DNA from: Candidatus Tepidifontimicrobium thermophilum
GTDB lineage: Bacteria > Sysuimicrobiota > Sysuimicrobiia > Sysuimicrobiales > Sysuimicrobiaceae
Length of the DNA stretch: 32,708 bases
Assembly (NCBI GenBank): GCA_031459915.1
Contig: JAVKHO010000005.1
Location: 1-32,708, forward strand
Direction: 5' to 3'
Both the position numbers and the translations under genes were made by a program. Positions 27,109 to 32,708 of this stretch are shown in pieces (position 1 is the stretch's first letter; each line of letters opens with the position of its first letter). Under the pieces are notes generated by a model. It saw only the letters and a list, made by a program, of their open reading frames with translations, did not search any database and was not told the origin of the DNA.

Positions 27109-27148
27109 TGTTCAACCATCGTGAACAAACGGTGCGGAATAGCTGAAC
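27109..27148. promoter_or_regulatory. Tandem operator boxes in the divergent promoter (TGTTCA-N7-TGAACA and GTGCG-N7-TGAAC)
   Basis: Perfect 6-bp palindrome 27109-27127 and a related box 27132-27148 spaced 22 bp apart; resembles IclR/PcaR-type boxes. Confidence 0.55.
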
Positions 27149-27229
27149 ACCGGTCTTGTCGCCTCCCCACGGCCAGGAGATCCTTTGTAGCGGAGCGTTT
27201 CGGGCGCGGGAGTCTGCCGCGGAGGAGGG

Positions 27230-28507
27230 ATGGACGTGGCGGTTGAGGTGGCACGGTCGTCCTACGGGGACCTGGTGGTGGACGACCCGAGGGAGTTCCG
27301 GGTGCACGGGTCCATCTACACCGACCCTCGGATCTTCGAGGAGGAGATGCAGCGGATCTTCGAGCGCACGTGGGTCTACGTGGGGCACGAGTCAGAGCTG
27401 CCGGCCCCCGGAGACTACAAGACGGTCCTGGTGGGCCGCCAGCCGCTCATCCTCTCCCGGCACGAGGACGGCCGGATCTATGCCCTCTATAACCGGTGCC
27501 GGCACCGGGGGGCGGTGGTGTGCCGGGAGGAGCGGGGGCACTCCAACTTCTTCCGCTGCCGCTACCACAACTGGGTATACGCCAACAACGGGGCGCTGAT
27601 TGGCATGGCCCAGGCGTCCGGCTACCCCGAGGACCTGGACCGCAGCCGCTACGGCCTGGTGCCCGCGGCGCGGCTGGAGTCCTACCGGGGCCTGCTGTTC
27701 GTGAACCTGTCGCCCAGGGGCCCGAGCCTGGCCGAGCACCTGGAGCCCGTGCGGAAGTACGTGGACTACTGGTTCGGCCGGTCCCCGTCGGAGCGCATCC
27801 AGGTGATCCTCCCGCCGCACCGGTATGAGTACCCAGGGAACTGGAAGCTGCAGGCGGAGAACGGGTTCGACGGCTACCACGGCAACTACGTCCACCTGTC
27901 CTGGCAGCGGGTGCTCCAGCTGTCCAGGGAGTCCACCGTGGAGGAGGTCCAGCAGTACCGGCAGGAGGGCTGCGTCCGGGGGCTGCGGAACGGCCACGGG
28001 CTTTTGGAACGGCCGGGCAGCCTCAACCCCGCCTCCAGCTGGACCGCCCGCATGATGCACCGCTACCCGGAGTACGCGGAGGCCATGCGGCGGCGGTTCG
28101 ACGACGCGCAGCTCGTGGAGATCTCCGCCCGCCGCAACATCCTCGTGTTCCCCAACCTGTACCTGTTCGACACCCACATCCGGGTGATCGTGCCCAAGGC
28201 GGTGGACCGGACCGAGGTGCAGCTGTACGTGTACGCCCTGGAGGACGTCCCCGAGGCCATCAACCGCAGCCGCTTCCGGGGCCACGAGCGCTTCTACGGT
28301 CCCGCGGGCTTCGGCGCGCCGGACGACATCGAGGTGTTCACCGAGATGCAGACGGGCCTGCGGGCCACCGGCGACCCGTGGAACCTGCTGAACCGCGGGC
28401 AGCACCGGGAGCGGGTGGTGGACGGGGAGGTCATCGGCCACACCACGGACGAGGCCCCGCAGCGGTCCTTCTACCGGGAGTGGAAGCGGGTGATGTCCGA
28501 GGCGTAG
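27230..28507 (+). CDS. Rieske ring-hydroxylating oxygenase alpha subunit (benzoate/p-cumate-type group)
   Basis: Rieske CRHRG...CRYH; GNWKLQAENGFDGYHGNYVH; RNILVFPNL; FYGPAGFGAPDDIEVF.EMQ.GL; DEAPQRSFYREW; GGAGGAGG SD. Confidence 0.9.
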   Translation: MDVAVEVARSSYGDLVVDDPREFRVHGSIYTDPRIFEEEMQRIFERTWVYVGHESELPAPGDYKTVLVGRQPLILSRHEDGRIYALYNRCRHRGAVVCREERGHSNFFRCRYHNWVYANNGALIGMAQASGYPEDLDRSRYGLVPAARLESYRGLLFVNLSPRGPSLAEHLEPVRKYVDYWFGRSPSERIQVILPPHRYEYPGNWKLQAENGFDGYHGNYVHLSWQRVLQLSRESTVEEVQQYRQEGCVRGLRNGHGLLERPGSLNPASSWTARMMHRYPEYAEAMRRRFDDAQLVEISARRNILVFPNLYLFDTHIRVIVPKAVDRTEVQLYVYALEDVPEAINRSRFRGHERFYGPAGFGAPDDIEVFTEMQTGLRATGDPWNLLNRGQHRERVVDGEVIGHTTDEAPQRSFYREWKRVMSEA

Positions 28508-28519
28508 GGGGAGGGAAGG

Positions 28520-29014
28520 ATGCTGACCGTAGACGAGGCGGAGCGGTTCCTGGTGGCGGAGGCGCGGCTGCTGGACGAGCGCCGCTTCGACGAGTGGGAG
28601 GCCCTGTTCACCGAGGACGCGGTGTACTGGGTGCCCATGGACCCCGACCGCGACCCCGCGGACACTGTGTCCATCATCTACGACGACCGCAAGCGGCTGC
28701 ACGAGCGTGTGTACCGGCTGACGCGGACCCCCGTCCTGGACCAGAACCCGCCGTCCCGCACCGTGCGGTTTGTGGCCAACGTGGAGGTGGAGTCCCTGGA
28801 CGGGGCGGGGGAGCACCGCGTCCGGTGCAACCAGCTCATCGCGGAGATGCGACCGGGAGGGCCCGGGCAGGCGGGCCTGAACAGCCCCCGATGGCTGGCG
28901 GCCCGCTGCGAGTACCGCCTCCGTCCCGTGGACGGGGGGTGGCGGATCGCCTTCAAGAAGGTGGTCCTGCTGGACGCAGACCAGGCCCAGTACAACCTCT
29001 CCTTCATCCCCTGA
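28520..29014 (+). CDS. Aromatic ring-hydroxylating oxygenase beta subunit
   Basis: FLVAEARLLDERRFDEWEALF.EDA.YWVP, SIIYDD, QNPPSRTVR.VANV, WRIAFKKV.LL. Confidence 0.9.
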   Translation: MLTVDEAERFLVAEARLLDERRFDEWEALFTEDAVYWVPMDPDRDPADTVSIIYDDRKRLHERVYRLTRTPVLDQNPPSRTVRFVANVEVESLDGAGEHRVRCNQLIAEMRPGGPGQAGLNSPRWLAARCEYRLRPVDGGWRIAFKKVVLLDADQAQYNLSFIP

Positions 29015-29024
29015 GGAGGGCACT

Positions 29025-29495
29025 ATGGACCTGTACGGGCGGCCCTGGCGGGTGGAGCGGCCCCTGGGCACGGTGGGACGGGTGGAGGTGAGCCGGTACG
29101 AGACGCCCACGGGCGTCCGGCTGCGGCTGCGGGATCGGGAGGGGGAGGTGGAGGCGTTCCTGGACCCCCTGGAACTGGAAGGCCTCACCCGAGCCCGCTA
29201 CAAGCCGGTCCCGGCCCTGCCCTTGGCCACGGGGGACGGTGCGGAGCAGGCGGCGGAGGCTTGGCGGACGTGGGGAGAACTTTCGGAGCGGCTACAGAAC
29301 GAGTTCGCCCTCGTGGCGGTGGCCCTGGTGGGTACCGAAGGCCTGCTGGTGCGGGACATGAACGCGGGGCTGGCCGTGCTCCTGTCGCCCCGTGAGGTGG
29401 AAATCCTCCTCCGGGTCCGGCACATGGACCTGGCGCCCCTGGTGGACACCAGCGACCTGGTGGCCCTGCCCGAGCCGGACGTGGACGAGGAATAG
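29025..29495 (+). CDS. Hypothetical oxygenase-associated protein with apparent internal duplication
   Basis: GAGGAGG SD; two similar segments (V.VS..ET..G.RL.LRD......LDPLELE.L and NEFA.V.V.....L.VRD......LSPREVE.L). Confidence 0.75.
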   Translation: MDLYGRPWRVERPLGTVGRVEVSRYETPTGVRLRLRDREGEVEAFLDPLELEGLTRARYKPVPALPLATGDGAEQAAEAWRTWGELSERLQNEFALVAVALVGTEGLLVRDMNAGLAVLLSPREVEILLRVRHMDLAPLVDTSDLVALPEPDVDEE

Positions 29496-29501
29496 GCGGT
29501 C

Positions 29502-30236
29502 GTGTGGGGACGGGCGGCGACGCTGTCGGAGGCCCGCGACCAGCTGGTCCTGGCCAACCGGATCCTCGTCCGGCTGGGGTTGCTGGACTCCATGGGCCAC
29601 GTGAGCGTGCGCAATCCAGAGGACCCATCCACTTATCTGCTCTCGTGGTCGAAGGCGCCCCGGTGGGTGACCGCAGAGGACGTGTTGATCTTCGACCTGG
29701 ACGGGGTGGACCTGACCGGCTCCGGGAAGCCGCCGTACATGGAGCGGGCCCTCCACGGGGAGGTGTACCGGGTGCGGACCGACGTACATGCGGTGGTCCA
29801 CACCCACATGCCCTCCGTCTTGCCCTTCGGCCTTGCGGCTCGGCCCATCCGCGCGGTGGTCCACTCCGCCGCCATGTTCTGGGACGGGGTTCCCGTGTAC
29901 GACGACTACTACGACCCCGAGCACGAGGGCGTGTACGTGATCTCCCAGGAGCAGGCCCGCCGGATGGCGGCAGTCCTGGGCTCGCACCGGGCGGTGCTGC
30001 TCCGGGGCCACGGGTGCGTGGTGGTGGGGAGCACGTTGCCGGAGCTGGTGGTGAGCACCTACTCCCTGGACCAGAACTGCAGGGTCCAGTGGCTGACGGA
30101 GGCCGTGGCCCCCGCGAAGCCCCTCAGCGAGGTGGAAGCCCGCGCCATGCTGCGGGTGCGGCTCGGGGAGATCGGCATCCGCCGGGCGTGGGAGAATTGG
30201 GTGCAGGAGCTCCGGGAAGCGGGCTGGCTCCCGTAG
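29502..30236 (+). CDS. Class II aldolase/adducin-family protein, probable aromatic/heteroaromatic carboxylate decarboxylase
   Basis: ANRIL...GLLDSMGHVSVR.PEDP, PYMER.LHGEVYR.R.DV.AVVHTH, VLLRGHG.VVVG, RAWENW; recalled resemblance to 3-hydroxy-2-methylpyridine-4,5-dicarboxylate decarboxylase-type members. Confidence 0.8.
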   Translation: MWGRAATLSEARDQLVLANRILVRLGLLDSMGHVSVRNPEDPSTYLLSWSKAPRWVTAEDVLIFDLDGVDLTGSGKPPYMERALHGEVYRVRTDVHAVVHTHMPSVLPFGLAARPIRAVVHSAAMFWDGVPVYDDYYDPEHEGVYVISQEQARRMAAVLGSHRAVLLRGHGCVVVGSTLPELVVSTYSLDQNCRVQWLTEAVAPAKPLSEVEARAMLRVRLGEIGIRRAWENWVQELREAGWLP

Positions 30237-30262
30237 TTGCCTCGTGGAAGGGAGGGGACAGC

Positions 30263-31084
30263 GTGCTGGGGCAATCCCCGTGGGCCCGGGAGTCCCTCCG
30301 GCGCACCGTGAGCCGTTCGTCGGACGCCTTCCTCTACACCGTGCTCCCGGTGGTGGGAGTGGCGGCGGCCTGGCACGCGGCGGCCTCCCTGGCCGTACTG
30401 CCACCGCACCTCCTGCCTCCCCCAGACCGCGTCTTGGCCCGCATCCTCGAGGCGGTGCGAAGCGGCGTGCTGGTGTCGAACCTCCTCCTCACGGTGCAGC
30501 GGGTGGTGGTCGCCTTCGTAGCGGCCCTGGGCATCAGCCTTCCCGTGGGAGCGGCCATGGGCTTCCTGCCCGCCGTGGAGCGCCTGCTCACCCCCTGGCT
30601 GGTGGTGGCGCTCTCCGTGCCAGGGCTCATCTGGGCTCTGGTGGCGCTCCTGCTGTTCGGTCTGTCCGAGCTCACGGTGTACACCGCCATCGCCGCGGGG
30701 CTTGTGCCCATGTTCGTAGTGAACTGGTGGCAGGGGGTGAAGGCCCTGGACCGGGACCTGCTGATTATGGCGCGGGTGTACCGGGCCACCGGCTGGAGCG
30801 TCGCCCGCGACGTGGTCCTCCCTCAGCTGATCCCTCAACTGTTCGCTTCCGCCCGCTACGGGCTGGCGTGGGGTTGGAAGATCGTGGTGGTGATCGAGAT
30901 GCTCGGCTTCGGCAACGGCGTGGGCTACCTGCTGTACGAGTCGTACCACCTCTTCAGCATGGAGCGCGTCCTGGCGTGGGCACTGGCTTTCCTCGCGGTG
31001 ATGCTGGCCTTGGAGTATGGGGTGATCGCTCCGCTGGAGCGCCGGTGGACGGCGTGGCGGCCGCGGGTGGGCTTGGGGGGGTGA
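30263..31084 (+). CDS. ABC transporter permease, NitT/TauT family
   Basis: GTG at 30263 behind GGAGGGG; LLPPPDRV, SVPGLIWA, DRDLLIMARVYRA, ARYGLAWGWKIVVVIEMLG..NGVGY. Confidence 0.88.
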   Translation: MLGQSPWARESLRRTVSRSSDAFLYTVLPVVGVAAAWHAAASLAVLPPHLLPPPDRVLARILEAVRSGVLVSNLLLTVQRVVVAFVAALGISLPVGAAMGFLPAVERLLTPWLVVALSVPGLIWALVALLLFGLSELTVYTAIAAGLVPMFVVNWWQGVKALDRDLLIMARVYRATGWSVARDVVLPQLIPQLFASARYGLAWGWKIVVVIEMLGFGNGVGYLLYESYHLFSMERVLAWALAFLAVMLALEYGVIAPLERRWTAWRPRVGLGG

Positions 31085-31088
31085 GACC

Positions 31089-32708
31089 ATGGGGGTCCGG
31101 GTGGAGATCCGCGACCTGGTGAAGCGGTTTCCCGATGGGCGGGGCGGCTGGCTTCCGGTACTGGGGGGAGTCTCCCTGGAGGTCGACGGACTCGTCTGCG
31201 TGCTGGGTCCTTCGGGGTGCGGCAAGTCGACCCTGCTCAACGTGGTGGCGGGGGTGGAGCGTCCGGACGGCGGCGAGGTGCGCTTCTACCGGGCGGGCGA
31301 ACCGGTGGGACGGGAGGCGGTGAGGATCGGCTACGTGTTCCAGGACCCGCGCCTCCTCAGCTGGCGTACGGTTCGCCACAACGTGGAGTTCGGACTCCAG
31401 AGCCTGAGGCTGTCCCGAGCAGAGACGCGGGCCCGTGCCTGGACATACCTGCAGTTGGTGGGCCTGCAGGACTTCGCGGACCGGTTCCCCCTGTTCCTCT
31501 CCGGCGGGATGCGGCAACGGGTCGGACTCGCCCGAGCCCTGGCTCTCGAGCCGGACGTCATCCTGATGGACGAACCTTTCAGCAAGCTGGATGAGATCAC
31601 CGCACGGGAGCTGCGCCAGGAGCTCCTGCAGATCCAGGGAAGGTTGGGCCAGCGGATCCTCTTCGTGACCCACAATCCCTCCGAGGCGGCCCTGTTAGGG
31701 GACCGGATCTACGTGCTGTCGGGTCGGCCCGCCCGGGTGGTGGCGGAGGTCTCCAACCCACTGCCCAAGCCCCGGCAGGCGGACGGCCCTGAGGTGGCTG
31801 CTCTGGCGCGGGAGATCGTGGGCTACCTGGAGGGGCAGGGAACTCTGACCCGTCGCGCTTTCCTGCGGACGGGGACCGCTTTGCTGGCGGGGCTGGCATC
31901 GGCAGCCGTGCCCTGGACGGCGGCCGGCCGGGCGTGGGCGCAGCCTCGGGTGGACGTCAGCGTGGCCGCGGTGGGCGCCACGGGGCTCCTGGTGCGGCTG
32001 GTGAAGGACCTGGGGCTGGACCGCAAGCACGGGGTGGAGCTGAACATCGTCCCGCTGGCTGTGGCCGACGCGGAGCGGGCGGTGGTGCAGGGCCGGGTAC
32101 CCGTGGGCATCTTCAACCCCTTCTCCGCGGTCCGCGCGGTGGCGGAGGGGCATCCGCTCAAGCTGTTCGCGCCGTTTCTGCTCAACCACAACTACCTGTT
32201 GGTGCGGTCAGAGGCACCGTACCGGAGGCTGGAGGACCTGCGGGGCAAGCCCGTGGGCAGCCTGTCCAAGATCAGCGGCACCTACAACACCTTCGCCGCC
32301 ATCTGCTATGCGAAGGGCCTGGGGGATCCCGAGCGGTACTTCCAGCTGCGGTTCGGGGAGGCGGTACCGCTCATCGCGCTCATGGAGCGCGGCGACCTGG
32401 AAGCGATCGCGGTCTTCGAGGCGCACGTGTCGCGGCTGCTGGCCACCGGGCGCTACCGCGTCCTGTTGGAGTTCAACGAGGAGTTCCGCCGCATGACCGC
32501 TTCCGACAACCTGTTCATCGCCCTGGCCGCCAGGCCCGCGTGGCTGAATGCCAACGCTACCGCCGCGCGCCAGATCCGGGCGGCCCTAGCCGACGCCGTG
32601 GCGGCCTTCCGTCAGAACCCCGCGGGGGTCCTGGAACGTTACGGGCGGGAGATCTTCGGGCTTACAGGCCAGGAGGAGATCCAGCTGGCAGCGCGGCGGC
32701 TGCGGTTC
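31089..32708 (+). CDS. ABC ATP-binding domain (NitT/TauT) continuing in frame via a Tat-type signal peptide into an SsuA/NMT1-like substrate-binding domain; 3'-truncated by window edge
   Basis: Hand translation from ATG 31089: GPSGCGKST, VFQDPRLLSW, LSGGMRQR, ILMDEPF, FVTHN ... EIVGYLEGQGTLTRRAFLRTGTALLAGLASAAVPWTAAGRAWA-QPRVDVSVAAV...LEDLRGKPVG...LMERGDLEA; 540 codons with no stop, hence absent from the supplied track. Confidence 0.85.
   Translation, partial: MGVRVEIRDLVKRFPDGRGGWLPVLGGVSLEVDGLVCVLGPSGCGKSTLLNVVAGVERPDGGEVRFYRAGEPVGREAVRIGYVFQDPRLLSWRTVRHNVEFGLQSLRLSRAETRARAWTYLQLVGLQDFADRFPLFLSGGMRQRVGLARALALEPDVILMDEPFSKLDEITARELRQELLQIQGRLGQRILFVTHNPSEAALLGDRIYVLSGRPARVVAEVSNPLPKPRQADGPEVAALAREIVGYLEGQGTLTRRAFLRTGTALLAGLASAAVPWTAAGRAWAQPRVDVSVAAVGATGLLVRLVKDLGLDRKHGVELNIVPLAVADAERAVVQGRVPVGIFNPFSAVRAVAEGHPLKLFAPFLLNHNYLLVRSEAPYRRLEDLRGKPVGSLSKISGTYNTFAAICYAKGLGDPERYFQLRFGEAVPLIALMERGDLEAIAVFEAHVSRLLATGRYRVLLEFNEEFRRMTASDNLFIALAARPAWLNANATAARQIRAALADAVAAFRQNPAGVLERYGREIFGLTGQEEIQLAARRLRF

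Noticed and set aside
1..32708. CRISPR arrays, IS elements, prophage or defence genes, riboswitches
   Set aside because: No regularly spaced repeats, terminal inverted repeats or relevant protein motifs were seen; intergenic gaps are short and explained by promoters or SD sites.

Overview
High-GC bacterial chromosomal window, probably from a thermophile (inferred from the ttuB-ttuA-trmI tRNA thermostabilisation genes), with three blocks. (1) 1-7238: tail of a surface-polysaccharide/amino-sugar modification operon (WbqC-like, SDR epimerase/dehydratase, PIG-L deacetylase, DRE-TIM aldolase-like, DegT aminotransferase, MraY/WecA-like transferase, hypothetical), then tRNA-Val(GAC) and a CelD/BcsL-like GNAT. 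(2) 7228-9267: ttuB-ttuA-trmI, apparently on a leaderless transcript. (3) 9297-32708: a >23 kb aromatic-acid catabolic region with three NitT/TauT-type ABC modules, a single-chain indolepyruvate:ferredoxin oxidoreductase-family enzyme, two paralogous 4,5-dihydroxyphthalate decarboxylase-like genes in inverted orientation around a lower meta-cleavage block, two divergent Rieske oxygenase alpha/beta pairs and a class II aldolase-fold decarboxylase candidate. A shared 17-bp operator-like motif lies at 9298 and in the divergent promoter at 27110/27132. The most unusual item is an ORF missing from the supplied track (31089 to the window end): an ABC ATPase runs with no stop codon through an internal twin-arginine (Tat) signal peptide into a substrate-binding protein. 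No mobile element or CRISPR array was seen. Family assignments come from motif recognition only; no searches were run.
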